A DNA stretch of 64,000 nt from Aquimonas sp. (GCA_035440755.1 DAORND010000008.1:1796-65795); one strand, 5' to 3'. Counted from the stretch's first letter, positions 1-9,968 are shown. Made by a program: numbers and translations. The notes: generated by a model from the letters alone, not told the origin.

Positions 1-1466
1 GTGCCGGCGCCGAAGAAGTTGGTTTCGTCGGTGAGCAGGATGTTCTTGTGACGGAACTGTTCGGTACCCAGATTCAGCGTGGCCGAACCGATGCGAACGG
101 CAATGGCCGGCAGATCGGAGAAGGTGTCGGCGATCGAGTCATACGAGCGCTGCGAGACCTTGAACTCGGTGGAGAACGTATCCGACCAATCGCTATAGAC
201 CTGCGCCACGTGGCTTTCGAAGGTCTTCACCTGGTTGTACCAGTAGCTGTTCAGCGACAGCGAGCGGCTGCCGAAGCCCGGCAACACGGGATCAGTCTGC
301 TCCATTTTGCTGTAGCGGTAGCTGGCGCGATGATCTTCGTTGATGTTCCAGTCCAGCTTGATCGCATATTCCTCGACATCGGTCTTCAGCGCGTCCGGAA
401 TGTCCAGCGTGCCGGCGTCGAAGCCCCACACGCTGCTGGCGATATCCTGAACTTCCGCGATCTGTGCATCGGTGATGGCTACCTCATTGGAAAGACCCGA
501 GCCCACCGGTCCGAAGGCCGGACCCGGCGCATTGCGGGTGAACTGCTCATAGTTGGCGAAGAAGAACAGCGTGTCCTTGATCAGCGGGCCGCCGAAGGTG
601 ACACCGTAGGTTTCTTCGTCCTGGAAGCCAATGAACGGGGTACCGTTGGTGTTGTCGCGCACCCAGTCATTGTCGCGGAACACGTAGTAGACCGAACCAC
701 CAAACTCGTTAGTGCCCGACTTGGTGACGGCGTTGATGATGCCGCCGGTGGCACCGGTCAGGGTGGTGTCGTACTCAGCGATGGCGATCTGCACTTCTTC
801 GATGGCGTCGATCGACACCGGCTGGCGCAGGGTCGGCAGGTTGTTTGATTCCAGACCGAACGGATCGTTGGTGGAAACGCCGTCGATCTTGATGGCGTTG
901 AAGCGGGTGTTCTGACCACCCACCGAGATTTCACCGCGCTGCTTGTCGGTTTGCGACACACGCGGATCAAGGCGGACGTAGTCCTGAATGTTGCGGCCAA
1001 TCGACGGCAGCGCGCGAATCTGCGCCTGGCTGACGTTGGTGCCGGCGCCCATCTTGTCCGGTGAGAAGACGCTGATTTCGCCCGAGGCGACGACTTCAAC
1101 CGCATCCAGTTGCGCGGCGGCTTCGGCCAGGTCAACCATCACCGGGGTGCTGTCGCCCAGATTCACGAACAGGTTTTCGGTGGTTTCACCCTGATAGCCG
1201 TCACGCATCACGGTGACGCTGTAGGGACCGCCGACGCGCAGACCGCGCGCATTGAAGCGACCCTGCGCATCGGTGGTGGCGCGCGAGGTGGTGCCCGACG
1301 GGGTGTGAACGATCACAACATCGGCACCCGCCAGAGCTTCGCCCTGTTCGGTGGTGACGCGACCGGTCATTTGAGCGGAGGTGTTCTGCGCGAAGGCTGG
1401 CGTGGTGGTGGCAAGCACCAGTGCCAGTGCCCCGGCAAGGCGTTTGACCCGCATCTGCTTATTCAT
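1..1466 (-). CDS. Oar-like TonB-dependent receptor with N-terminal carboxypeptidase-regulatory-like domain (3' end runs off window)
   Basis: Hand translation from ATG at 1466: MNKQMRVKRLAGALVLATTTPAFAQNTSAQMTGRVTTEQGEALAGADVVIVHTPSG...GRFNARGLRVGGPYSVTV; signal peptide and Oar-type N-terminus. Not in the ORF track because it is truncated. Confidence 0.88.
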   Translation of the reverse strand, partial: MNKQMRVKRLAGALALVLATTTPAFAQNTSAQMTGRVTTEQGEALAGADVVIVHTPSGTTSRATTDAQGRFNARGLRVGGPYSVTVMRDGYQGETTENLFVNLGDSTPVMVDLAEAAAQLDAVEVVASGEISVFSPDKMGAGTNVSQAQIRALPSIGRNIQDYVRLDPRVSQTDKQRGEISVGGQNTRFNAIKIDGVSTNDPFGLESNNLPTLRQPVSIDAIEEVQIAIAEYDTTLTGATGGIINAVTKSGTNEFGGSVYYVFRDNDWVRDNTNGTPFIGFQDEETYGVTFGGPLIKDTLFFFANYEQFTRNAPGPAFGPVGSGLSNEVAITDAQIAEVQDIASSVWGFDAGTLDIPDALKTDVEEYAIKLDWNINEDHRASYRYSKMEQTDPVLPGFGSRSLSLNSYWYNQVKTFESHVAQVYSDWSDTFSTEFKVSQRSYDSIADTFSDLPAIAVRIGSATLNLGTEQFRHKNILLTDETNFFGAG

Positions 1467-1651
1467 GTCATGAATCCCTGTTGAGGTTGAACAAAGAAAA
1501 CTGGTTCGGCGTCCTGCCTGGCGTTCCCGGATGACGCAAACGTCGCGGCAATGCCTGCCGCCTCCGGTGTTCCGGGCCGAGGTGGACGGGCGGTCGAGAA
1601 GAATTCCGGCTGACCAGATGCGTTCGCCGCGAGCGCATGGTCATTAACTCC

Positions 1652-1685
1652 AGTTTAACAGCACCGTATGACAGTTTTGTAACCC
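1652..1685 (-). promoter_or_regulatory. Pho box (PhoB) plus -10 element upstream of the TonB-dependent receptor
   Basis: Minus strand reads GGGTTAC-AAAA-CTGTCAT (1685-1668), then 10 nt, then TAAACT (1657-1652), matching canonical Pho promoter geometry. Confidence 0.7.
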
Positions 1686-1740
1686 GGCCATCCGATTGTC
1701 ATGGTTTGACTCGCGAGGGCGATTGAAATAGCTAAGAAAA

Positions 1741-3462
1741 TCAATCGGATGATGTGCCTCCGAGATATCGGGCGCGTTTCTGCGGACGCAGGCGCTGCAA
1801 GTCGATCCGGATCAGACCATCAATACAGTGACCGAAGTCGGCATCGACGCTGAAGGCCAGGAAATTCACGCCATCGCGTTCACAAAGGTCGACATACTGG
1901 CGATAGAGCGTGGGTAGTACGCAGTTCATCGCGGTCAGTCGTTCGCGTAACTGCTGCAACGCCAGGTCGGGGTTTGCTGCCAGGTGCTGCGCCTCCAGCG
2001 CGACCTCTGCCGAGATTTGCACCGGGCTTCGGGCGGTCGAGTCGGTGGTGGTTGGCGGGAAGCAGGCCGCATGCGTCGCGACGATCCACTCGCGTGCGGA
2101 CTCGGGCAGGCTGGCCGACAGGCTGACCGGGCCAAGCAGGTATCGCACCTGTGGATGACGGCGGAGATAGGCGCCGATGCCCTGCCACAGATAGTCCAGG
2201 CTGCGGCTGCCCCAATAACGCGGTTGCACGAAGCTGCGCCCGAGTTCGATGCTATGCCGCAGCCAGTCCAAGGCGCCGTCCTGATAGTGGAACAGGGTAT
2301 TGGAGTACAAGCCCTCCAGTCCAAAGCGTTCCAGGACTCGGGCGCAGTCGGCGACACGATAGGCACCGACGATTTCCAGTGACGGCTCATCCCACAGCAC
2401 GATGTGCCGATAGTGGGCGTCGAAGCGATCCAGATCGCGCTTCAAACCAGTGCCTTCGCCCACTTTGCGGAAGCTGAGTTCGCGCAGGCGACCAATTTCC
2501 TTCAGTGCGATGTTGTCCGGCGCAGCATCCAGCAGGTAGATGTGTTTTCCATCACGGGTCGCGCCGAGGCGCTCGGCATGTTGCAGCGCGGTGCGAACCA
2601 ACAGGGGCGGTTGCGGGTGGGCGATCGCACTGGAGGTGGCAAACATCGGTGGCTTGCGACGCGCCAGACGATAGACATGCGCGCGCATGCGCTGGGCGAT
2701 CTGGCGCTCGTTCAGTCGCTCCGGGTGGAGTGCCACAGTGGGGATCTGTGCACCGACGGTCAGCGTCAGTGTGCGGCGTTCGGTTTTGAACATCTCGCGC
2801 GGCAGCATCAGGGTTGCCAGCGGCTTGGCCAGCATGGACAGTCCATAAAACATGGGCGAGTTGTGAGCCGCGATGTGTACCGGTAACACGGGGGCTCCCA
2901 TGCGTTTGGCAAAGCGCAGAAAGCCCGCACTCCAACGCCCGTCGCGCACGCCATTGGGGCGGATGCGGCTGACTTCTCCTGCCGGGAAGACGATCAGTGC
3001 CTGTTCCTGCTCCAAGGCCCGGTAAGCGGCACGCAAGCCACCCGGGGATTCGTTGTCGCCAAACACTTCCACCGGCACAAGCAGGTCGCGCAGGGGAGCG
3101 AGGCTCATCAGGACTTCGTTGGCCAAAACCTTCACATCGCGACGAACCGATCCCACCAGATGCAACAGCGCGAGCGCGTCAATGGCTCCCAGGGGATGAT
3201 TGGCCACAATCACCACGCGTCCTTCCGAGGGGATGTTGGCGCGATCAAGATGACCAACCCGGTAGGTCTGCTGCAGGTGTTCCAGCGCGGCCTCGACGAA
3301 ATCGAAATCACGCGTGTCTCGCAGAGCCTGCAAGGCCAGGTTGACCCGCTCTTCGCAGACGACGCGACGCAGCAGGTCGACCACTGGGCGTGAAAAGGCC
3401 CGCGCTGCGCCTTCGGACAAGGCTGGAAACGCGCTGTAGAAGCGTTGCTCGACACTGATCAC
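1741..3462 (-). CDS. Fused lysophospholipid O-acyltransferase + GNAT N-acyltransferase (OlsF-like amino-lipid/ornithine lipid synthase)
   Basis: N-half has NHPLGAID (HxxxxD) and FPAGEV motifs; C-half has the GNAT_5 signature LRELSFRKVGEGTG..DLDRFD, ELGRSFV. Likely GTG start at 3462; the ORF-track extension to 4638 overlaps hutU. Confidence 0.8.
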   Translation of the reverse strand: MISVEQRFYSAFPALSEGAARAFSRPVVDLLRRVVCEERVNLALQALRDTRDFDFVEAALEHLQQTYRVGHLDRANIPSEGRVVIVANHPLGAIDALALLHLVGSVRRDVKVLANEVLMSLAPLRDLLVPVEVFGDNESPGGLRAAYRALEQEQALIVFPAGEVSRIRPNGVRDGRWSAGFLRFAKRMGAPVLPVHIAAHNSPMFYGLSMLAKPLATLMLPREMFKTERRTLTLTVGAQIPTVALHPERLNERQIAQRMRAHVYRLARRKPPMFATSSAIAHPQPPLLVRTALQHAERLGATRDGKHIYLLDAAPDNIALKEIGRLRELSFRKVGEGTGLKRDLDRFDAHYRHIVLWDEPSLEIVGAYRVADCARVLERFGLEGLYSNTLFHYQDGALDWLRHSIELGRSFVQPRYWGSRSLDYLWQGIGAYLRRHPQVRYLLGPVSLSASLPESAREWIVATHAACFPPTTTDSTARSPVQISAEVALEAQHLAANPDLALQQLRERLTAMNCVLPTLYRQYVDLCERDGVNFLAFSVDADFGHCIDGLIRIDLQRLRPQKRARYLGGTSSD

Positions 3463-3530
3463 GGCGCACCCTCCGTTGATTCGTGACAAGCCTAGGGCGC
3501 TTGCTTTGCCGCTTCGTGACACCCGCTCTC

Positions 3531-3536
3531 TATACT
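3531..3536 (+). promoter_or_regulatory. Possible -10 element (TATACT) of hutU
   Basis: TATACT 27 nt upstream of the ATG; no clear -35. Confidence 0.35.
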
Positions 3537-3563
3537 GTTCCGTCACCCAGCTGGAGCGTCCAA

Positions 3564-5252
3564 ATGTCCGTTGATCACCTGTCTGACCGTCTACGCCATG
3601 ACCCTTCGCGGGTGATTCGCGCGCCGCGTGGCAGCGAGCGTCGTTGCCTGAGTTGGCAGACTGAAGCGGCCTATCGGATGCTGCACAACAATCTGGATCC
3701 CGAGGTTGCGGAAGATCCCAGTCGTCTGGTGGTGTACGGCGGCATCGGGCGCGCTGCGCGCGATTGGGCCTGCTTCGACGCGATTGCCCGGGCGCTGGAG
3801 ACCTTGCGTGATGATCAGACCTTGCTGGTGCAGTCGGGCAAGCCGGTGGGCATTTTTCGCTCGCACCCGGACGCGCCGCGTGTGTTGATTGCGAACTCCA
3901 ATCTGGTGCCGCATTGGGCAACGTGGGAGCACTTTCACGAACTCGACCGCAAGGGCCTGATGATGTATGGGCAGATGACCGCAGGCTCATGGATCTATAT
4001 CGGCTCGCAGGGCATCGTGCAGGGCACCTACGAGACCTTTGTCGAGATGGGGCGGCAACACTACGCCGGTGACTTGCGTGGGCGCTGGATTCTGACTGCG
4101 GGACTGGGCGGCATGGGGGGCGCGCAACCTCTGGCGGCGAGTCTGGCCGGTGCCTGCTCGCTGAACATCGAGTGTCGGCAGAGCAGTATCGATTTCCGCT
4201 TGCGCACGCGCTACGTCGATGAGCAGGCGAACGACATTGACGATGCACTGGCGAGGATTGCGCGCTACACGGCAGCTGGCAATGCCAAATCGATTGCCCT
4301 GTTGGGCAATGCCGCGGAGGTGCTGCCCGAACTGGTCCGCCGTGGCGTGCGTCCGGATGCAGTGACCGATCAGACGTCGGCGCATGATCCGCTCCACGGC
4401 TATCTGCCTCTCGGTTGGACGATCGAACAATGGCTCGCGGCGCAGGCGAGTGATCCGGACACGGTGACCCAGGCTGCCAAACAGAGCATGCGTGTGCATG
4501 TCGAGGCGATGCTTGCGTTTCAGAAGATGGGCGTGCCGGTGTTTGATTACGGCAACAACCTGCGCCAGATGGCGAAAGATGTCGGTTGCGACAACGCTTT
4601 TGATTTTCCCGGCTTTGTTCCAGCGTATGTGCGTCCACTGTTCTGTCGCGGCATCGGGCCGTTCCGCTGGGTCGCGCTGTCGGGCGATCCCGAGGACATT
4701 CGCAAGACTGACGCCAAGGTGAAGGAACTGATTCACGACGATCCGCATCTGCATCGCTGGCTGGATATGGCGAGCGAGCGCATCGCGTTCCAGGGCTTGC
4801 CCGCGCGCATCTGCTGGGTCGGACTGGGACAGCGGCATCGACTGGGGTTGGCGTTCAACGCAATGGTTCGTTCCGGTGAACTGAAGGCGCCCATCGTGAT
4901 CGGTCGAGACCATCTCGATTCGGGTTCGGTGGCCAGCCCCAATCGTGAGACGGAGTCGATGCGTGATGGATCGGATGCGGTGTCCGATTGGCCGCTGCTG
5001 AATGCGATGTTGAACGTGGCAGGCGGCGCGACTTGGGTCAGCCTGCACCACGGTGGTGGCGTTGGCATGGGCTATTCGCAGCATTCCGGTGTGGTGATCG
5101 TGTGCGACGGCAGTGAAGCGGCGGATCGCCGGATCGAACGCGTGCTGTGGAATGACCCTGCGACGGGCGTGATGCGTCATGCGGATGCGGGCTACCCGGC
5201 TGCTATCGATTGCGCCAGGGAACAGAACTTGCCTCTCCCTATGCTGGAATGA
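3564..5252 (+). CDS. hutU: Urocanate hydratase
   Basis: [51 protein letters not shown] motifs; ATG at 3564. Confidence 0.98.
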   Translation: MSVDHLSDRLRHDPSRVIRAPRGSERRCLSWQTEAAYRMLHNNLDPEVAEDPSRLVVYGGIGRAARDWACFDAIARALETLRDDQTLLVQSGKPVGIFRSHPDAPRVLIANSNLVPHWATWEHFHELDRKGLMMYGQMTAGSWIYIGSQGIVQGTYETFVEMGRQHYAGDLRGRWILTAGLGGMGGAQPLAASLAGACSLNIECRQSSIDFRLRTRYVDEQANDIDDALARIARYTAAGNAKSIALLGNAAEVLPELVRRGVRPDAVTDQTSAHDPLHGYLPLGWTIEQWLAAQASDPDTVTQAAKQSMRVHVEAMLAFQKMGVPVFDYGNNLRQMAKDVGCDNAFDFPGFVPAYVRPLFCRGIGPFRWVALSGDPEDIRKTDAKVKELIHDDPHLHRWLDMASERIAFQGLPARICWVGLGQRHRLGLAFNAMVRSGELKAPIVIGRDHLDSGSVASPNRETESMRDGSDAVSDWPLLNAMLNVAGGATWVSLHHGGGVGMGYSQHSGVVIVCDGSEAADRRIERVLWNDPATGVMRHADAGYPAAIDCAREQNLPLPMLE

Positions 5253-5268
5253 GTCGCCGACTGCCCTG

Positions 5269-8200
5269 ATGCCATTGAAGAGCCCCAATTCCAGCGCCAT
5301 GACGATCTGCATCGATGAGTCTCGCGGGCATGCGCGCTTGGCATGGGTTGCTCTCAGGCTTGCCGCGGCTGTCGTTCTTGGCTGGGTTCTTGTTGTTGGT
5401 CACGCAGACGCCCGTCCTCTGCGCGACTACCCGCGCGTGGCGTGGTCCGCGCGGGATGGGTTGCCACACCAACATATCAATGCTCTGGCGCAGACACCCG
5501 ACGGGGCATTGTGGGTGGGAACCTTCGAAGGCTTGGTTCGCTTCAATGGGGCGAACTTCACGGTGCTTCGTCCCAGCAACACCCCGGCGCTGCCCGATGC
5601 CTCGATCATTGGTTTGTCGCGTGCCCAGGATGGCGGTCTGTTGGTGGTGACCTCGGGGAGAGGCATTGCGCGTTGGCGAGCCGGTCAGTGGCTACCCATT
5701 CCTGAGGGCATCAACTCGCCGCGGGATCGGGTCGATGGGGCTTGGGTCGACGCGCTCGGTCAACTTTGGGTGTCACAGCGCGATGGTGGTCTGTGGCGTG
5801 TGGATGCCAATGGCGTCAAATGGCCCATCGCTGACCAACCGACCTCGCCTGTGTTCGCCATGCAGGATGACGCCGCCGGACAAATGTGGATCGCTGGTGC
5901 CTTCGGACTGCGCCGCGTTGCAGACGACAAAGTACACGCGCTGGACCCAGGAAGCGGGTTCCCGGCCGTCTCTGTTCGCGCTTTGCACCGAACGCCAAGC
6001 GATGGCCGTCTGGTCGTTGTGACGGCCTTGGGTGTGTATGTCGAGCGTGACGGAAAGTTTGCACCCCTGGCTCGGGAGCTGGTAGACATCAATGCGCGCG
6101 ATCTGGATTTCGGCCAACAGGGTGAGGTGATTGTTGCCACGACCGATCAGGGCGTATTGCGACTTTCGCCACGCGGGGAGTTGCAGCGATTTGGCGCGGA
6201 CGATGGCTTACTTGGTACGCGGGTCAATGCGGTTCTGACGGATCGCGATGGCGATTTGTGGATCGGAACAGGCAACGGTATACAGCGGTTGACTGATCTT
6301 CCGGTCAGCATGGTCAGTACGCATCACGGGTTGCGCAACCCGACTATCCGCACCTTGTTGTCACGACCCGATGGCAGTGTTCTGGCCGGCGGGACCGGCG
6401 GCTTATATCGAATCCGCGATGGGATAGCCGAGCCGGTGAACCTGGAGGGCGTGGCATCGGTGGGCACTATTCTCAGCCTGATTCCCAGTGCAGACGGCGA
6501 GGTATGGGTCGGTAGTGACTTGGGAGTGGTCTGGAAGGGCGATGCTGTGATGCGCCGTCACGCGGTGACCGACCATTTGCCGGGTGGGTTCGAGGCGCGG
6601 ACCTTGGCGGAAGATGAGCTCGGAAACCTCTGGTTGGGCGGCAATCTCGGCGTCGCGCGCTGGGATGGCAACGAGCTGACGCACTTTTCGGAGGCCAGCG
6701 GGCTGAAGCGGGACTACGTGCTGCGCCTGCAGGCCGCGCGCGGCGGCGGCATCTGGATCGGCTTCAATGACGGACTGGTTCGTTACGCCGATGGCGCATT
6801 CAATGCGGTAGATGTCTCCGGCGCCAACGCCGCGCGCGAGGTCTTCAGCATTCTCGAAGACGCGGACGGCACGCTCTGGCTGGCCACGGATCGAGGACTT
6901 GGACGCCATCGAGCCGGTCGAACCCAGCACCTTGATGTGCGTCACGGATTGCCCGAAAGCAAATTCTTCGAGGTGGTAGACGATGCGCATGGCAATTTTT
7001 GGTTGACCTCCAACTCGGGCATGACGCTGGTTCCTCGGGAAAATGCCGAGGCGCTGCTGGATGGCCGACGCACGACGCTGGGCAACGTCACTCTCAACGA
7101 AGGCTTTGGGATGGCAGTGGCACAGTGCAATGGCGCAGCAGGCCACGCAGGAGTAATTCATGACGGCGAGATTTGGGCAGCAACCTCGGCTGGGATTGCG
7201 CACGTATCTGCTGACCGCGCGATGCGCTTCGTCAGCTTGCCTCGTGGTGTGATGATCGAGGCGATGCGCGTCAATGGCGAGATCGTTCCGCATGAAGGGA
7301 TCCCTGTGCTGCCTGCCGACACGCAACGGGTCGAGTTCGATGTGGTCAGTCCAACATTTCGCGCACCGGAAAGCCTCTACTACCGGCATCGCCTGACGGG
7401 CTTCGATAGCGACTGGGTCATCGGTGATCGCATCGGTGCGCGCGTTCAATACACCAACCTTGGACCAGGCGAGTATCGCTTCGAAGCACAGGCTTCGGCG
7501 GACTTTCTACATTGGTCGGGAGACAATCAAGCGGTCGCTTTTCAAGTCGCCGCACACTGGTGGCAGCGGATTGAGTTCATCGCTGCGACCTTGGGCACTG
7601 TTGTCGTTCTCCTGATTGTGGGTTACCAGTGGCGGATTCGCAATTTGCGCTACCGCGAAAAGGCACTGGCCAGGTTGGTGGCCGAGCGCACAGCAGAACT
7701 GCAGCTCACTAATGCGCGCTTGCGGACACTCAATCAGCGTGAAGCCGAACGCTCTGCGGATTTTCAGCAGCAAGCCATGACGGACGCGCTGACCGGATTA
7801 CCCAACCGCCGCGCTTTCGAGAATCGACTGGGATTGTTGTTGCAGGACCGCGTGCCATTGGTGCTCGGCTTGCTGGACATTGATCACTTCAAGCGGATCA
7901 ACGACCAGTACTCACATGGTGCTGGCGATGAGGTCTTGACGGCGTTGGGGCAGCACCTCCGGCAGCACCTGTCTTCAAATGGCCTGCAGCGCCGTGGCGA
8001 TCCCTTTGTGGCGCGTTGGGGTGGCGAGGAGTTCGCCATTCTTTGGCCGCATGCTGACTTGACGATGGCGCGCGACATGGCAGAAAAACTGCGTTTGAGC
8101 GTCGCTGAACGGGTTTGGCCGCGCGAGGAAGGCTCGTTCAGGTTGACGATTTCAGTTGGCTTGGCCGAGCGACGCGGCGAGGAGAGCGCAGATGCCTTTC

Positions 8201-8277
8201 TGCGTCGCGCAGATGCTCAGTTGTATGCGGCAAAGCATGCAGGTCGCAACCGCGTCGAGGCCGATCCGGATCAGTAG
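5269..8277 (+). CDS. Membrane-anchored diguanylate cyclase with periplasmic two-component-regulator beta-propeller and Y_Y_Y domains
   Basis: Repeated D..G.LW.GT..GL propeller blades, YRHRLTGFD..W/YTNLGPGEYRF (Y_Y_Y), TM helix, DALTGLPNRR, DIDHFKRINDQYSH..GD, RWGGEEF. Start uncertain (5269 or 5299). Confidence 0.92.
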   Translation: MPLKSPNSSAMTICIDESRGHARLAWVALRLAAAVVLGWVLVVGHADARPLRDYPRVAWSARDGLPHQHINALAQTPDGALWVGTFEGLVRFNGANFTVLRPSNTPALPDASIIGLSRAQDGGLLVVTSGRGIARWRAGQWLPIPEGINSPRDRVDGAWVDALGQLWVSQRDGGLWRVDANGVKWPIADQPTSPVFAMQDDAAGQMWIAGAFGLRRVADDKVHALDPGSGFPAVSVRALHRTPSDGRLVVVTALGVYVERDGKFAPLARELVDINARDLDFGQQGEVIVATTDQGVLRLSPRGELQRFGADDGLLGTRVNAVLTDRDGDLWIGTGNGIQRLTDLPVSMVSTHHGLRNPTIRTLLSRPDGSVLAGGTGGLYRIRDGIAEPVNLEGVASVGTILSLIPSADGEVWVGSDLGVVWKGDAVMRRHAVTDHLPGGFEARTLAEDELGNLWLGGNLGVARWDGNELTHFSEASGLKRDYVLRLQAARGGGIWIGFNDGLVRYADGAFNAVDVSGANAAREVFSILEDADGTLWLATDRGLGRHRAGRTQHLDVRHGLPESKFFEVVDDAHGNFWLTSNSGMTLVPRENAEALLDGRRTTLGNVTLNEGFGMAVAQCNGAAGHAGVIHDGEIWAATSAGIAHVSADRAMRFVSLPRGVMIEAMRVNGEIVPHEGIPVLPADTQRVEFDVVSPTFRAPESLYYRHRLTGFDSDWVIGDRIGARVQYTNLGPGEYRFEAQASADFLHWSGDNQAVAFQVAAHWWQRIEFIAATLGTVVVLLIVGYQWRIRNLRYREKALARLVAERTAELQLTNARLRTLNQREAERSADFQQQAMTDALTGLPNRRAFENRLGLLLQDRVPLVLGLLDIDHFKRINDQYSHGAGDEVLTALGQHLRQHLSSNGLQRRGDPFVARWGGEEFAILWPHADLTMARDMAEKLRLSVAERVWPREEGSFRLTISVGLAERRGEESADAFLRRADAQLYAAKHAGRNRVEADPDQ

Positions 8278-8308
8278 TATGCGCCTGACGGGCAGTGCTG
8301 CCATCGCG

Positions 8309-8959
8309 TCAGCGAAGGCCGCTTCGTCGACGGAACGGCCATCGTCCGCGCCAGTACTGCAGTATCAGGAACCCCGCGGCCATGCCGCCGAGGTGGGCGA
8401 AGTGTGCAACCCCGGACTGGGTTCCACTCACACCTAGCAGCAGTTCAAGCACGCCGTAGACCACCACCAGCGTGCTGGCCTTCATCGGGATGGGCGGTAT
8501 CAGCAGCATCACTTGCCGATTCGGGAACAGCATGCCGAAAGCCAGCAACACACCGAACACACCACCCGATGCGCCAACTGTGGGGTAGAGTTCGCCGTTG
8601 CTCACGGCATGGGTAGCCACCAGCAACTGCACGAGCCCAGCACCCGCGATGCAGCCCAGCACGTACATCATCGTGCGGCGGCTTCCCCAAACCATTTCCA
8701 GCGCCGCTCCGAACATGTAGATCGCCAGCATGTTGAACAGCAGATGGCTCAGTCCACCGTGGATGAACCCGTAGCTCAGCAACTGCCAAGGCATAAAGCC
8801 CACGGTCACCAATTGACCGTCGGCATAACCGGCAGGCCAGTCGCCAGCAGGCCACAACATGAAGTCGATCAGCCACGTCTCGCCAAACAGTTGCTGCGCG
8901 AGAAAGACCAGGCTGTTGAGAATCAGCAATGTTCGGGTGGCGGGGGGAATGCGATCCAT
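8309..8959 (-). CDS. Rhomboid family intramembrane serine protease
   Basis: PWQLLSYGFIHGGLSHLLFNM, GASG catalytic Ser, AHFAHLGG catalytic His. Confidence 0.95.
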   Translation of the reverse strand: MDRIPPATRTLLILNSLVFLAQQLFGETWLIDFMLWPAGDWPAGYADGQLVTVGFMPWQLLSYGFIHGGLSHLLFNMLAIYMFGAALEMVWGSRRTMMYVLGCIAGAGLVQLLVATHAVSNGELYPTVGASGGVFGVLLAFGMLFPNRQVMLLIPPIPMKASTLVVVYGVLELLLGVSGTQSGVAHFAHLGGMAAGFLILQYWRGRWPFRRRSGLR

Positions 8960-9017
8960 GCGGACAGTCTTCGTTGCGAATGCGCGCACTGTATCAGGCG
9001 ACCACGATTGCATCGTG

Positions 9018-9374
9018 TCATGGTCGCCAGAGCATGGCATCAAGAGTTGTCGATCTATGCTTGGTCACGCGGCCATTCCGCACATCGACTCCCTCTGCTT
9101 CAAGGCGTAGTCGCTGTGCTTCGAAGGCATCCGAGTTGGCGGCGAAGGCGATCCGTCCATCGGCGCGTAACACACGATGCCAGGGCAGTGCATCCGCTTC
9201 GCTCGATTGCGCAAGGACTCTGGCGACCAGGCGAGCGCGCCCCGGTAGTCCAGCAGCGAGTGCGACTTCGGCATATGCACGCACCTGGCCGTAAGGGATG
9301 GTGCGGATCACCGCCCGAATTCGCTGATGGGTCGAGTCGCTGTTGGTCGGCAGGTCATGCTTGCGTTTCGTCAC
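9018..9374 (-). CDS. Alkyltransferase-like (ATL/MGMT family) DNA-binding protein
   Basis: IPYGQVRAYAEVA..AG.PGRARLV; PWHRV has Trp where active MGMT has Cys. Start (GTG 9374) uncertain. Confidence 0.88.
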   Translation of the reverse strand: MTKRKHDLPTNSDSTHQRIRAVIRTIPYGQVRAYAEVALAAGLPGRARLVARVLAQSSEADALPWHRVLRADGRIAFAANSDAFEAQRLRLEAEGVDVRNGRVTKHRSTTLDAMLWRP

Positions 9375-9477
9375 AAGGCTTTCCGTTGTCTGCGTCCACG
9401 CTGGTACGATTGTGCCTTGTGGCGATCTGTAGCGCTGGCTTGCTGAGCTGAAATGAACACCCGAGGCGACATCAATC

Positions 9478-9885
9478 ATGCAGAACTTTGAACAAATCCG
9501 TGCCCATGTCGACAGTCGATATGAGGTTGTACGTAGCGAGCCTTACCTCATCGGTTTGGAGCTCACCCTGAATCAGGGCGCGCGCCACCAAGGCCTGTTT
9601 CTGACCGAGTTGGAGGACGAAGACGGTCGAAAGTTTCTGCGTGTCAGTACGGCACTCGCCCCGACGACGGGCATTGATCTGGCCCGTGCCCTCAAGTTCA
9701 ACTGGGAGCAGCGGGTGGGCTATCTGGCGATTTCCGAACTGGATGGGCTGACCTATCTGCAGCTTTGCGAGAACCGTCCTTATGAAGGCCTGACGGGGGC
9801 GGAAATTGATCGGCTGGTGCTGGAGATCGGTGGTTTGGGAGACCGGATTGAGCGCGCATTTTCTGCCGGTGGAGATCTCTTCTGA
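9478..9885 (+). CDS. Conserved hypothetical protein, YbjN/type-III-chaperone-like fold
   Basis: 135 aa, acidic, alpha-beta(n)-alpha pattern with C-terminal amphipathic helix; clean terminator downstream. Confidence 0.6.
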   Translation: MQNFEQIRAHVDSRYEVVRSEPYLIGLELTLNQGARHQGLFLTELEDEDGRKFLRVSTALAPTTGIDLARALKFNWEQRVGYLAISELDGLTYLQLCENRPYEGLTGAEIDRLVLEIGGLGDRIERAFSAGGDLF

Positions 9886-9907
9886 CGGCTTTGCACGGCT
9901 GCATTGA

Positions 9908-9954
9908 AGAAACACAAAGGGCGCACCCGACTGGCGTGCGCCCTTTGTGTTTCT
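9908..9954. terminator. Bidirectional rho-independent terminator
   Basis: Perfect 19-bp inverted repeat AGAAACACAAAGGGCGCAC / GTGCGCCCTTTGTGTTTCT between convergent genes. Confidence 0.9.
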
Positions 9955-9968
9955 GGTGATTCGTGGAA

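Noticed and set aside
3463-3563. HutC operator before hutU
   Set aside because: No TGTA-N2-TACA-type palindrome seen.
3463-4638. N-terminal 390-aa extension of the 965-aa minus-strand ORF
   Set aside because: Low-complexity Arg/Pro/Ser/Ala sequence antisense to hutU; acyltransferase homology starts only at the GTG at 3462.
7980-8040. Functional c-di-GMP inhibitory I-site in the DGC
   Set aside because: RRGD is present but one residue farther from GGEEF than the canonical RxxD spacing; it cannot be called without a structure.
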